Notes: a model not told the origin generated them from the sequence alone. DNA of 63,974 nucleotides, filler included, from Rhabdomonas costata (GCA_019059605.1; 54 parts of 54 records of this genome joined end to end with filler, not necessarily neighbours in it), one strand, 5' to 3'. Counted from the first letter of the whole stretch, positions 11,293 to 24,714 are shown. A program made the numbers and translations.

Positions 11293-13900
11293 CTACCAAT
11301 TTTTTGTTCGGCAATAACTGAAGGTTCCTTCAGTTAACTGACAGCAGTGCTCTTGCAAGCGAGCATGATGGGAAATGGGAAGCAGGCAGAATGCATCGCA
11401 ACAGATCACACGGAACCTAAAATCGAACTCAGGCGAAAGAGATATGGTATTTTGACGGCGTGATAGCATTGGTTCACACCGTTTTGTAACTGTACTAAGA
11501 GCTTCATCGTCGCGGCGAGATAAACCTCCAGAAGTAAGGACCGATTGAGAGAGGAACAAGCAGCACAACATCGAAGCGCGCACGCAGAAAACACTCGCAG
11601 CTTTAGAAAGGCACGTTGTCGGGGTTCTGGGAACAGGGGTGGGGAAAGTAACGAGTTATTCCGTGGGCATGCACAACCGGCGTCACACAGATGGTGCATA
11701 ACGCGCTCCTCAGTAATAACAGAGGTAAACGTTATCATCTCAAACTATCCCAACGCATGAAAAACAAACACNNNNNNNNNNNNNNNNNNNNNNNNNNNNN
11801 NNNNNNNNNNNNNNNTTAATTAATTAANNNNNNNNNNNNNNNNNNNNNNNNNNNNNNNNNNNNNNNNNNNNTGTGTTGGTTGGTTGCCGGGTGGCGGCTG
11901 TTGAGAAGGCGAGAAAAAACTTCGGCAAAGTCAGGTCGTCTAGCAAGCTGGACGCAAAGCACATGTGCGTCAGCACCCAAGAATGGACTTAATTGAAGGT
12001 CACTGACATGACCATGCGATTTCCATTTTGCCAAACACTGAATTCAAAAATTGAAAGCTTCTTGAAAACACACATAAAATAGGCCGAAAGCATGAACGAG
12101 GCGAGCAGCCGGCCTGCAGGGCTGCAACCCCAAGAACCTGATTCGGATGAGTGTGAAAGGGCCCTGAATCGGTTTCTAAAAGTCTTGGTCACCCAAGCAG
12201 AAATGGGAATGAAAGCCCAGCAAAGTGAAATATTCACCGACTCTGTACCTGCCCTTGCCTTCCACCCTCAAGTCGCCAGTCTTCCCCAGCCTCCGCGGGC
12301 ATTGGCTGCTGGCTGGAGTAATTGATCTGTCGAGCGTTCAGCGAGGAACCGCGGGCCTTCGGGCCGGAAGAAGCTGAGGCACCCATTGATAAGAGATTCC
12401 ACTGAAACCAACTTCCTCAGGAAGTCTAAAGACAATATATAGAAAGCAAGGGGGAAGGAAAAAAGGCGCAAAAAAAAAAATTGAGAAAACTGTGAAAATA
12501 AGGACGTAGGAAAATCAAGGCTCTGTGCATTCCGTTCTCCAAATCCAAATCCAAATCATTTTTGCACGGATGTGTATGCGAGCGTTGAATCACAGCGGGA
12601 AAGAGCGGTTCACCAAAAGAGCGTTTGACGAAGCCAGGGGTGTAAAACGGGAAAGAAAGGGGGAAGAAAATAAAAGTGTCCTCGTCAAGACGCGCGCAGC
12701 CTCGCACGGGGAGTCCTATGGCACTGTGCTATTCTTTGCTTTGTGTCTGTTTGTTGGCGTTTGTGCATGAAAAGACGGAAAAGAAACCCACCCACACACA
12801 CACACATTGCGCTTTGGCGTGGTGTGCTGTGACGTGCCGTTGCGCTGCTTGTTCACACCTGTTTTGTTGTTGCTGGTGCGTTGGCGTTGGCGTTCCCCCC
12901 ATGTGCCTCAGTGCTCATCCACACACACACATTCCATTGCGAGCTTTGGAGTGGACGGNNNNNNNNNNNNNNNNNNNNNNNNNNNNNNNNNNNNNNNNNN
13001 NNTTAATTAATTAANNNNNNNNNNNNNNNNNNNNNNNNNNNNNNNNNNNNNNNNNNNNGGTGGGGGGTAAATCCTTATAACAAGGGCGCTATCGCGGCTG
13101 ACCAAGATATTCAAGTTGTTCCCCGCTTTTCCCATTGGCATCCTGCCCGGACAAGGCTTCGTTTACCGTCTTGTTGTCTACCGTTGTCAGCCGCGATAGC
13201 GCCCTTGTTATAAGGATTTTCCCCCCACGTAAATGCATATTTTCTCGAACCACCGGGCCATGCCGAATTACCCTTTCCATTTAGTCCACGCCGGCCGGTG
13301 AGTTGGAGTTGTTATTTAGTATGCTGTCGCCGCGCGCCGAGGTTCCCGCCGAAGCGCAAGGTCAGATTTGTGCAAAAATGCACACCGCAACAGAGGCGCA
13401 CTTAGATATTCGGGCTGGACCAGTAAACGTTTCTAATAAACCCTTGGGGTCTGCAAGGAAGAGCTCGAAAGTAGCAGATTTAGATTGAGCCACCAGTGGC
13501 GGCAAGACGGTGTTTTGACATCCGCACTGTTCCATAGCAATTACATCAAAATGAGGCACCCTTGGGGGATACCAACGACCAAAACACCTTTGCCTACAGA
13601 GCAGTTCACCTGACCCTCGGTTGAATGTCAACAGAGAACGAAGGATGCCAAAGAAACTGTAACGTAGTCCTTGAAGTCAGCAGAGCAGAGCAAAGCGAAG
13701 CAAAGCAAAGAAAAGCAGCGAAAACTGTGCATCGCCAATGGTGGCGAAAGCACTTCCACCGTAGCTGCCCAGGTCAAGACCGGGGCCGCCAGGAAGAGTC
13801 CACACACGCCCCAAACCTCCAGTTTAGTGTGCTGTGAATGCGTCTGTGTTGGTGTCTGTATGTAAAGGGCTCTCCACCCCATGGGAATGAAAATGAAGCC

Positions 13901-14029
13901 TCAGAACCGGCGACGCTGCATAGGCCCGCGCTTCACCAGCGGAGGGCGCTTTGGCTTTTTCGCGGTCGTTCCGCCGCGGCGCTGCTTCTCCAGCCTGGTC
14001 TTCGCCTTCGTGTCAGCGAAAGAGAAGGC
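13901..14029 (-). CDS. Putative last exon, basic C-terminus of unknown protein
   Basis: ggcatag|GCC...; AFSFADTKAKTRLEKQRRGGTTAKKPKRPPLVKRGPMQRRRF*. Confidence 0.4.
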   Translation of the reverse strand, partial: AFSFADTKAKTRLEKQRRGGTTAKKPKRPPLVKRGPMQRRRF

Positions 14030-17000
14030 CTATGCCAAAGATACGAAAATTGTAACTTCAATGAGCGCCTTCCTTCTCCAACGCCATGCCCTGATAAATA
14101 AATGAATGCAAACGGAGTCTTCACTCATCCACGGGCCCAACAAACNNNNNNNNNNNNNNNNNNNNNNNNNNNNNNNNNNNNNNNNNNNNTTAATTAATTA
14201 ANNNNNNNNNNNNNNNNNNNNNNNNNNNNNNNNNNNNNNNNNNNNGTTGTCAGGGGGTCACGGTTCTTAGGGTTTCAGGCTGTGAGGGTGTCAGGCTGTC
14301 AGGGTGTCACGATGTTGGGTTCATGCTTAGGGTGTGTTTCTGCGCAGGATGTTGGCTTAGGGTGTGTTATGCGTAGGATTGTGAGGTTGAGGCTGAGGGT
14401 GTGGTGTGAGGGTTCGTGTTGGTTTGAGGGTGTGTGGTTCTGTGTGTCAAGGCAGTAGCTTGGTGTGTTTCTGGTGCTAGGGGTGTGTGTTTCATGGCCT
14501 TGTTTTGGGGTTGGGTGTCGGATGTTGGGGTTACGTGGTGAGGTTGGGTGTAAGGTGAGGGGTATCAGCATGACTATGAGTGAAGAATGCAGTAACTCAG
14601 CATGACTGTAGGGGTGAAAGATGCCCAGAGAGAGAAAGAATGCCAAGATGCCCAAACCTACCTGCGGTGCCTCTTCTACTACGGATGGCTCCACTGCGTG
14701 ACCCATCCTTCGTGACCTTAAGCCTCAAAGCGTAAACGTACCCTGAGATCTCTTCCTGTGGCTACGCCAGGACGGAGCACTCGATAGGACGTGAGAGTGC
14801 GTAGTGACACGTATACCTAATGCATGATGTGACCGGAACCGTGCTTATGCCGGTGGAGGGAACGAGAGGAAGAGGAGTGATGCGAGGAACGGAGCATCAC
14901 GACGATGAGAAGGAGGAACGACCCGTGCAGCGGGGAAGTGACGACGTAGGGATGTTTGGGGTTCATGATGTCGGCATTCGCTCAGCTACGCCTCGCTCAT
15001 GCCTCCTAAATGCATGGTTCGTCGTTCCACCGCTACGCGCTTCCACTCCTCACCCAATACAGAAGAAAGAGAGTGGGAGGGATTCGAGAGGACGTGAGAA
15101 TCCCGACAGTGAAGAGTAAAGCGTTGATGTCGCATGCTCGGTCCCTCGCATGCTCCTGGGGGGTTTCTTTGCTGTCGTCATGGCATCTCGTACCTCGATG
15201 CCATTCCTCCTAGATGCTGAACTCAGAAGAAGGAAGGGGTTTATGCTGGTCGTGAGGTCGCTACGCTCCCTCACTCCCTAGATGTGGATGGTTCATGCCC
15301 TCCACCGCTTCACGGCTACGGGCCCCACCTTANNNNNNNNNNNNNNNNNNNNNNNNNNNNNNNNNNNNNNNNNNNNTTAATTAATTAANNNNNNNNNNNN
15401 NNNNNNNNNNNNNNNNNNNNNNNNNNNNNNNNGTGTTTGTTTACGCTGTTCGTGTGCTGTTGTCTGGTTGCCCTGGCCTTGCGTGATGATGGTGTTGGTT
15501 TTACGGGTAAATGGTGGTAGAAATGCCTTTGATGGAATGTACGATAGGCTAAGGTGTAAAAATGCTGTTCTTGCTGTTCGTATACTCGCATACTGCTCGT
15601 ATACTCCCTACATGTGTGGTTCACTCACTCCCCGACTGACGTCGGTACGTTCGTTCACCACTACATGATCACTACTACGGGATGCCTCGCTACCGGGGGG
15701 GTCTGCGACAGGGTGGGTAATCTTCAAGTGGGGTGATGTCCCATGGCCAACTCGGTCACCTTCCCTTTGGATATCTTCCTTGGAGTTACATCAGGGGGTA
15801 ACATGTGCCTTCTCAGCCTTTCTCAGGCCATCGCTGCCCTCTCAGGGTTCGCCGCTGTGTTCCCCAGCCTGGGGGACATGTGGAGGGGGTCCTCGTTGCC
15901 AGAAATGCCAGAAACCCTGTCTGCACCACACGTTCCTGTCTATTTCTGCATCAACGGCGGAACCCCGCGACCAGAACTATTCTCCCACGACGTGTATTTT
16001 ACATGAGTTATTCGAAAAGTAAATTTGTCCCAACTAGGCACCTGCTGGCCCCCTTGTTCCACGGGCGAAGACCTGGTTGTGGTGGGGCCAGAGTTGCCTT
16101 CAACCCTACGCCTAATTGAGACCAATATGTTAGACCGTGATGTGGATTCGAGCCGAGTTCGGTGCCTGAGTTCGGTGCCTGACAGTATTCGTACCAGTGT
16201 TTACCCTTTGCATACATGGTGAATGAGAACCAGCATGACTGCATAACCCCTCCCTCCCCTTCTTTCCTGAAAGGTCATTGCAGACGGCCATCTGTGATAT
16301 CCTCTTCCTCTATGGTCCGTTTTTGAAAAGGGCGAGAGGATTCCAATATGGATACGGAAGCTGTGTCATTGCGCATGCGTGGTGTTGTGCGTTTGATGTC
16401 ATGTGCTCGAACTCTCTTTTCGCATACAGTGGGGAAGGTGGCCCATGACCTTGGGATTAAAATGGCGCCGCCTGACTTTTTCATTGCCGATGGACAGTCG
16501 GCGCAACAAAAAANNNNNNNNNNNNNNNNNNNNNNNNNNNNNNNNNNNNNNNNNNNNTTAATTAATTAANNNNNNNNNNNNNNNNNNNNNNNNNNNNNNN
16601 NNNNNNNNNNNNNGGGTTTGTGGTTTGTTTCTCTTGCAGAGTACCACGCTCGGTTCCCGGTGTGGCCATACCGCGCGCACTTGCCTGTGCATTTTTCGAC
16701 AGGTGAGCGGATGCAGCGAAGCGGCGGCGATTTTCTTATCAGTTCAGCAGTCGGGCATCGGCGCATGGCTCTCTGTCCATGGGTTTTTTTCGTGGTTGGG
16801 TTGGTTTTGGAATTTAGTGACAGTGAGGGCTGAAACAATAAAAAAGGCAGACGGCGGGGTCCGACTTATTTTCTGTGATGGGCGGAGGGGGGCGTAATGA
16901 TCGGTTCAGCATTTTTATTCATTAGTGTTTGTATTGGGTGGGACTCGAAATTCCAACCCACCCCACTCATGTGAGGGCTTAGCCACCCAGAGAGGAAGGG

Positions 17001-18188
17001 TTGTCCCCTGGCAATCCCAGTAATTATTCTTAGGGGACGCTCGCCAGCGATTCCTATTTATACAAGTTGAAATAATGAGAAAGAGAGAGAACTGTTCTTA
17101 AGAAACGACTACGGTGCGTTCACTGGAGTTTTAGTCCGGGATGTCTGGCAGAGCCGCATAGCGGACCATTCAAGCATGGCTTCGAAAAGCCTCTGAGCTT
17201 GTTTGGTACCTCGTCATTTCTCAACCGTGAAACCGTTCACCCTGCCCCCCGACACACACAAAAAAACTCTTTTCCGCAAATTTCGTTTTGGATGGCGTTT
17301 GGGTTTGCGAGCATAGTGCTTGGCTGCATGAACTGTTTCCCATCTTCTCCTGCACAGGGCGACTGCACGGGATACCGCCCAATGCTTGAAAAGGACTTTG
17401 GAAGTCAGCTGACCGCAGCACAGCGCAAGGACAAGGAGCTCTGGGGTGGCAAGGGCGGGTCTGCCGCGCTGCGTGCGCGGGTTCTCGCTCCCTTGGTAGC
17501 CCCCCCGCTCCAATTATCGTTTCCATTCCAATCACATCCCTTCACATCCATTCGCAAGCATGGCAATGGCACCGTTCTCCGCTAGCGTTTGCTTTCCCTA
17601 CTTCCAAGCAATTCCGAACTCAATAGGGAAAGCCTGCACAGTGAAAACAGCGTCCTCCCTTGGGGAGCCTGCTGTCCGGGAAGAGCACTCCCCCCCCACA
17701 NNNNNNNNNNNNNNNNNNNNNNNNNNNNNNNNNNNNNNNNNNNNTTAATTAATTAANNNNNNNNNNNNNNNNNNNNNNNNNNNNNNNNNNNNNNNNNNNN
17801 GGGTGGTGGGGGTGTGTTTGGTTTGTGGTGGTGTGTTGTGCATACTACTACACGAGATGTGCATGTTTGTTGTTTTCACGAAGTGGCGTGCGCTTTTCAG
17901 TAAATACGGTGAATCAACCGGTGAAATTATCTGTAAGTAGAACTTCTGTTATCGAGATTTGGCGGGTTCAATGGGTTGTGGAGATTTGTTTGTGCATTTG
18001 ATTGCTTTCCACCCTCCATTTTGAACCGCTTATTCATTCATTAACCATCTGGGTTTTACTGATCCAGTCGCAAACTTTAGTTTCAGCTGTTTTTAGATGC
18101 TGGACTGTCTGTCGGTGTTTACTGGTGGAGGAGGTTTTTTTGCTTTCAGTGGCATTTATTGGTGCTTTACGGGGGGTTTGGTCTCGTT

Positions 18189-18355
18189 ATGCCTCCGAGG
18201 GCTGCAACTGCCGTTTTTGACGACTCTCTACCCACCTCGGTGCGCAGTTACGACTTTGGCGAGCCGCTGTATCGAGTCCACAACCTACCAAATGCAGTGG
18301 CCCCCTGCTGTTTGGCCGTGCACCGGTATTATTGTTTCTGCCAGCGATTTTCTGG
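18189..18355 (+). CDS. Putative first coding exon, unknown protein
   Basis: ATG 40 nt after a ttttttgctttcAG acceptor; MPPRAATAVFDDSLPTSVRSYDFGEPLYRVHNLP...; donor GG|GTGAGT. Confidence 0.45.
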
Positions 18356-20248
18356 GTGAGTTCTCGCTTAATTGGGTGCATACGATGATGCCCTGCAATC
18401 CATGTTTTGACGTTTCATCTCAAAAAAGAGAGTCTTGATAGACCCAACAACAAATAAATGCTGGAGAAAGGTATTCTATCTTTTCCATTCTTTGCCATTC
18501 TTACTGTTTAATGGAACGTTACGAACCGCAAATGGGCACAGCAATAACTCAGGGAGGGGGGCATGTGAAACATGGAATCATCTTATGATTATCTTAAAAC
18601 CTGCAAGTCCAAAAGAAAGCTCAACCTGGAAACGTTTTTCTCAGGTGAAGGTGCGGCCCACTTTCTCCAAATGTCCATGTCTCAGTGGGTCCGAATGTTT
18701 CTTCATTTTGAAGCGTTTTTTGATTTTGAACTTTTGATCTGACAACATCCAGAAAAGTCCTGCGCCTGCTGCACTTTTACCTTGAAATTTACTTTCTGAA
18801 GGATCTTCTTTCTTTGGCTTGTGTGGCATCGCAAATGGAGTGGTCCCCGTGTAATTCTCATCCGTTCCTTCTCGTGCGCAAACAAAANNNNNNNNNNNNN
18901 NNNNNNNNNNNNNNNNNNNNNNNNNNNNNNNTTAATTAATTAANNNNNNNNNNNNNNNNNNNNNNNNNNNNNNNNNNNNNNNNNNNNGGTGTGGGGGCCA
19001 AATAAGAGCGCGGGACTGTGGTGCGCTGTGAGAGAGATGGTGCCACAAAGAGCCAAGAGACGGTGCTACAAATGTTATCACGAAAGGTAGTGGTATTACC
19101 CAAATGGTGGACTTGTCCCAATTATGCGAGATGCCGTGATGCCTGGAAAGGGCAAGATCCGGTGAGGGCTTCGGGATATGTGAGCGGGCTTGGTCTCCCG
19201 AACGTGGTTCTGGGCTCAAGGTCCGGTTGTACTGATCATACTTCCTGTTACCAATATGCTTTTTGCAAATTTGTTTTCCAATCCTTTTCCCAAATGCAAA
19301 AAAGTGTTTGAAACACACAACTCATTGCGAATGTGGTCCGCTTTTCACCACCAAACGGGCCTCACGGACCCGCTCAACCACTGGCCCGTTGCAAAAACCG
19401 ACGTTTATCGTTTCCCGTCGCCTTCCCCGACCTGGAAGAGCTCATGAAATTTGTAAAGCTGTGCGAGCGCAGTGGAAAAGCAAGTTAGCAGCAGGCAGCT
19501 CGAAAGGACAGCTTTCGTGGGAGAAGGCAGTTGTGTAGAGCAATGGCCGGTGGAGAAGCAAGCGTGAGAGCAGAGGAGAGGAGAGGCAGCCTGAAGCCGG
19601 ATGTAAGCGCAGAAGAAAGGAGAGGAAGGCAGGGCAAAGAAGAAAAAAGGAGCAGCCCGAGGCAAAGGACAGAAAAGCAGGAAGAGCGAGAGCATATATC
19701 AGGACAGAGAAATAAAAAACGAAGGGGATGAACAATGTACCTTCTTGATCCCTTGATCCTCTAGATCTTCTTTTTCTTCCTTGGCTTCTAATTTCTTCCT
19801 TGCGTGTTGCCTTGCGGTTTCTTTGTCCTTCCTCATCCGCGCTTTTCCGAGAAACTCAGCAACATCACCTGTGTATGCAACCTCTCATGAGAATCACCAG
19901 ATCATCTCTTTACCGTACCTACTTTCTTTCACTTTGCAGAAAAACTACGCAAACCGAAAACACGCAACATACTGGAGCGTTCCTCCTAATGTCAGAAAAC
20001 GACACTTCTCCCCAGGAACACGCCTTTCCCGAAAACACATATTCCAACAGCACATACTTTCAACCACATTCCCNNNNNNNNNNNNNNNNNNNNNNNNNNN
20101 NNNNNNNNNNNNNNNNNTTAATTAATTAANNNNNNNNNNNNNNNNNNNNNNNNNNNNNNNNNNNNNNNNNNNNTTTTGTTGGGACGCATTGCAAAAGGTT
20201 CATGAATCACCTTGATGCTTTGCGTTTGTTCTTTTTTGTTTCGCGCAG

Positions 20249-21032
20249 CACTCCTGGGTCGCTGCAGAGTGCGAGCACCGGCACATTTTCTGAGACCTAC
20301 AACCGTACCATGAAGGCTGCTCTGGGCCTTCTTGGGCAGGCCGATGTGCAGTGCCAGGTCCATGCACTCTCCGTGCTCAACAACCTCTTCTTCTGGAGGT
20401 CCGACTCCTCAGCAGCCCTGCGCAGCCTCCCCTTGGCAGAGAACTATGCCCGTCTGGTCTACCAGTGGTGCCAGTCCGACGTTTGGGTGGAGGTCATGTC
20501 CCCGTACCCCACGAACACCGCTGAGGGGCCTGCCGAGCGGCTAGGAGGGGCTCTGGAGGGGACGCTGGACGGCTTCCGTACTGAGGGTACCCCCTTTGCA
20601 GTTCATCCTGCACTCACTAACCGCGTCTTTGGGGCTGTACAGCTCCTGCCGAAGCTAATGCAGATGTACTCCGCCTTTCAGCTGACCCCCGCCCTGGATC
20701 AAAAGCTGCGGATGTTAATCCACTCTCCCGGAACGCCTCCGAACACCGCCCGGGCGGCCTTCTCTTTGATCTCCACCCGGGGCCCCACTGGGGCTGCCCC
20801 GCCTCGTCCCCACCCAATGGGAGATTCCACCACTTCCGCGCCCAGCAGCGGCACAAGCAGCCCCCAAGGGGTCTCTTTTGCCCCTTCACGGGCCCAGCAC
20901 CATCCCCACCACAAGGCAGTCACTGAGCACCGTGCGGAAGGCCGCCCGCCTTGCAGTCCCGCGGTCTCCGCTTTGGCCCTGAATCTGGACGAGTTAGGCA
21001 GAGGGAGAGGGCAGACGGCACAGAACCGATAA
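20249..21032 (+). CDS. Long terminal exon of unknown protein (helical region plus Pro/Ser-rich tail)
   Basis: Acceptor ttttttgtttcgcgcag; about 260 open codons with GC3 bias ending in TAA. Confidence 0.6.
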
Positions 21033-21517
21033 ACCAAGCAATCAAGGCCAATGAATGTCCAGGGTCAAAGGTCCTCCACATGAAACATAAACCAAGCCCC
21101 CCTCCCACCACCATTTCATGCGCCATCACCCCACTTCAGAAATTCTCTTATTCGGCTCACGAGGTCGCACCCAACCCTTGCAGCTTGGACAGCTAGCAGG
21201 GCGAGTGCCTGCAGCTTGTTAAGGCTAAACAGCTCCGGGGATGGGGTAACCCCCCCACCCNNNNNNNNNNNNNNNNNNNNNNNNNNNNNNNNNNNNNNNN
21301 NNNNTTAATTAATTAANNNNNNNNNNNNNNNNNNNNNNNNNNNNNNNNNNNNNNNNNNNNGGGGGTTGGGGTAGAAGAATAGAAGACGAGAGGAGAGGAG
21401 GAGGGGAGGGATGAGGAAGGAGTGCTGAGCACTAGTACACCGCCCGACTTTACGTTCTGCGCTAAGGTTGTCTCAGCTCATCATTTAGGTCACTGGTCTT
21501 TCCATCCGTCTTCGAAG

Positions 21518-22442
21518 GAACGCACCGCAGGAGGTTCCTGAGCACCCTATGGTGGCGTGCCAGGCAGCGCTGGGGATTGGGGAGATCCTGGGGCTGATGA
21601 ACCGGGAGTGGGCTGAGCGGCGGCTGCCCACCCTTGCCGTGCGGATCGGGCTGCACTGCGGTAAAGTCCTGGTGGGCAATGTGGGCTGCGCAGACAGGTC
21701 TCGTGCCTTGTGAATGTAATTTGCGGGGGTTTGGGACGGGTTTCGGAAGCACTTGTGAAACATTGTCATATCTGCAACAGAGTTTGTCTGCGATAATTGC
21801 CTCAGATTGGTCTGTGCCACCAGCTTTGAAGTTCAGCACTTTATTTGCGCGGTGGGTGGTGGAGCTCCCTAAATTCCGATACAAATTTTTTTGAGGGCGG
21901 GGGGTGCTGAAACCTTTCAGCGCCGAGAGGACACACTCCTCCTTCTGCGCAATATTTCTTCCCCTGCAATGTAATGCCAGTGCTGGCAACATAACCTCGT
22001 CCGCAACGGTGGCGTTGTGGCAAGAAGGGACTGTTTGGCGGTTGGAGTGTGAAGGCTTTGGTGTTTCGCCATACGTACGACGAGCTTCGCTCACGACGCG
22101 ATAGGTGATGGAAGGGGCTCGATTGGTGTGCACCTCAGCATCCAGAAACGAACCTTCTCCTTTATCCCCTATCCACCCACCTACTGCACATAACATGAAG
22201 GACCTGGTATGGTGGATCTAAAAGCCAATCGGGCACCCTACGGAACCAACCAAGAAGGTCAGTTGTGACTTTACTGCCATGGAAGCATCCCTACATGCAC
22301 TGATTTGCCACTTCGTTTCAACGCTTAAGCGGTCACGCACAGTTTGAAAAGTATGTGACAGCAGCTGATGGGTACCTCATGGTTGCTTCCGGGTCTGTCT
22401 TTGTAGGATGAACTACACGGTGCTGGGGGATGGGGTTAACCT
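21518..22442 (+). CDS. Class III adenylate cyclase catalytic domain, two exons
   Basis: Exons 21518-21697 (NAPQEVPEHPMVACQAAL...VRIGLHCGKVLVGNVGCADR) and 22407 to contig end (MNYTVLGDGVNL); canonical RIGLHxGxVxVGNVG and YTVxGDxVN motifs. Confidence 0.93.
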
Positions 22443-22700
22443 AACCTNNNNNNNNNNNNNNNNNNNNNNNNNNNNNNNNNNNNNNNNNNNNTTAATTAAT
22501 TAANNNNNNNNNNNNNNNNNNNNNNNNNNNNNNNNNNNNNNNNNNNNGTGGTGGGTGTGTTTGGTGGGTTTGGGTCGCCATTTGGGCCGTGTTTGTTTAT
22601 TTCTGTCCATGTGCCCTTGCTCAGTGTATGGGCGCAAGTGATGGATGAGGATATTCGCCCGCTGTCGATGTGCACACGGCATGCCGTGATCTCTTTGCAG

Positions 22701-23434
22701 ATTCGTATCTGAAGGCCCTGGACCCCTCTCGATTCCAGGAGGTCATCACCGCGGCAGAGGAGGCAGGCTACTACAACGATCTTGTGCGGTGTGCACATTT
22801 AACCCCAACATGGCATCTCCAGTTGACGACCACTGGCTGTGGCTGGCGCATAATGGCCCGAACTGACGGACTATTGTGGCTCTTTTGTTGCTTGGTTGGG
22901 GTTTTTCACAATTTCCAGCTTTCAAAATCGTGTGGCTGTGAGTATGGGATCGTGCACATTTTTTTTAATGGTATGCTCCCGTCCACCTGGACCTACATTC
23001 CACCTCCAGCTACCTCATTATGGCCCGCACGGAGTCCAAGGTTAAGGAGAGTGTAATCGACACGGAGCTGATGTACGCCTACGCCAAGACGAACCGCCTG
23101 GCTGACCTGGAGGAGTTCCTCGGCACCCCCAACGTGGCCCAGGTGTGTCCTGTGAGTGTGCATCTGGGCGGTGGGATGAGATAGGAAGGAGAGACGGGTG
23201 CCGTATCAGACAATTCCTTGTTTTGAGGGGGAGATTCATTATCTCCTCCATTCTGTCTGTCCTCACCATGCAGGTGCAGTACATTGCCGACCGATGCTTC
23301 AACGAGACGCTGTACGAGGCCGCGAAGATTCTGTACACCAGCATCTCCAACTTCGCTCGGCTCGCGGTCACCCTGGTGCGGCTGAAGAACTACTACGCCG
23401 CTGTGGACGCTGCGGGCAAGGCCAACAGCATCCG
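22701..23434 (+). CDS. CHC: Clathrin heavy chain (proximal leg repeats), three exons
   Basis: Exons 22701-22788, 23010-23142, 23274-23434: [10 protein letters not shown]...YLIMAR...[21 protein letters not shown]...[37 protein letters not shown]...[10 protein letters not shown], collinear with known CHC. Confidence 0.97.
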
Positions 23435-23902
23435 GTGCGGGAGCTCTTTTTGCTCCATCCTCACGCTTTCCCGTGTTCTCCGCCCTCGCACACCCACCAC
23501 CACTTTCTGCGAACCCGTCCGTGGCACGCTCATTACAGTTTTTCCTACATTTGTTGTCAATCTGTGTCAGAACGACCTCCCCCGACCTCCCCCTGCTTAG
23601 ACGCGAGCCCCAGGTGTCCAAAAGTCTCTCTGCANNNNNNNNNNNNNNNNNNNNNNNNNNNNNNNNNNNNNNNNNNNNTTAATTAATTAANNNNNNNNNN
23701 NNNNNNNNNNNNNNNNNNNNNNNNNNNNNNNNNNTTTTTTTGTTTTCAGCTTTCCTTGCTCTTTGGTGTCTCTGTGCCCTTTGGCGCGGCCCCTGTGCAG
23801 ATTTGAATAGCAACTCCTCAGTGGTGAACCCCCCTTCTCAAGGTGCCCCCTCAATTTGTTTCCCCTTCTATTCCCAAATTTCTTGGTGGGGGAGCGGGGG
23901 GT

Positions 23903-24714
23903 ATGGACTGGGACGACGAGTGCCGCACCCCGGAGTACGACCGCCTGCTGCGGCAGTTCGCGGCCAACGTGAGAGACCTTCTGCCTCTGGATGACGTCAA
24001 CAAGATCAGCGACCGGGACATGCTGCGGCGGTTTCTAGTGGCCCGGAAGAACAATCTCCAGGTATGCGTGGGGTTCTGCTGTATGGTCTCTCCTCACTTG
24101 GTGTCTCGACATGGTTTCCCAGTCCTGAGGGACAATTAGCTGAGTTAGTTTTGGCGGTGAAAATAATCTTCTCTTCTTAGCGCAGTTTTGTGGTCCAGCA
24201 TCCTTGGCATAGGAAGGATGGCGACTTGTCGGCCATCAGCCGCGAGGACAGTTGATTTGAATGGTCAAGCAGTGAGATTAGTGGGATTTGCGCCGCCTTC
24301 ATTGGTGGGATATTTGCATACTTTGGTGTGGTTAGGGTTAGGGTAACTGTTTATTGTAATCAGGGGTGCAGTCACATTAAACCGGAATGAAGTCCAGGTC
24401 AACAAGCTCGGATGGTGCTGATAAATGGGAAGCCATACCTGGAGCCCAAACTCCACTACATAGGAAGCGGAGGCCATGCTGCGCAAGTACATGGCCTGGA
24501 GGAAGCAGCACAACGTCAACAACGTGATGTATGAAACCTTCTCTACGGACTTCGTGAAGTACCACCCCGGGGGCATTCACGGGGTAGACCGCAAGGGCTT
24601 CCCGGTGTACTACCAGCGCCCCGAGGCCAAGGGGCTGTCGTACATGCTGGAACACCACAACCAAGATCAGCTGATGCGGTGGCATGTGCACGTAATGGAG
24701 AGAAGCAGAGAAAA
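23903..24714 (+). CDS. Sec14/CRAL-TRIO lipid-binding protein, first two exons
   Basis: Exons 23903-24061 (…DMLRRFLVARKNNLQ) and 24464-24714 (EAEAMLRKYMAWRK…GIHGVDRKGFPVY…); LxRFLxAR, WR and GxDKxGxPV motifs. Confidence 0.9.

Noticed and set aside
13060-13228. Inverted repeat (34-bp perfect core) resembling MITE TIRs
   Set aside because: One arm starts at the contig end; same pattern as the other fold-back artefacts.
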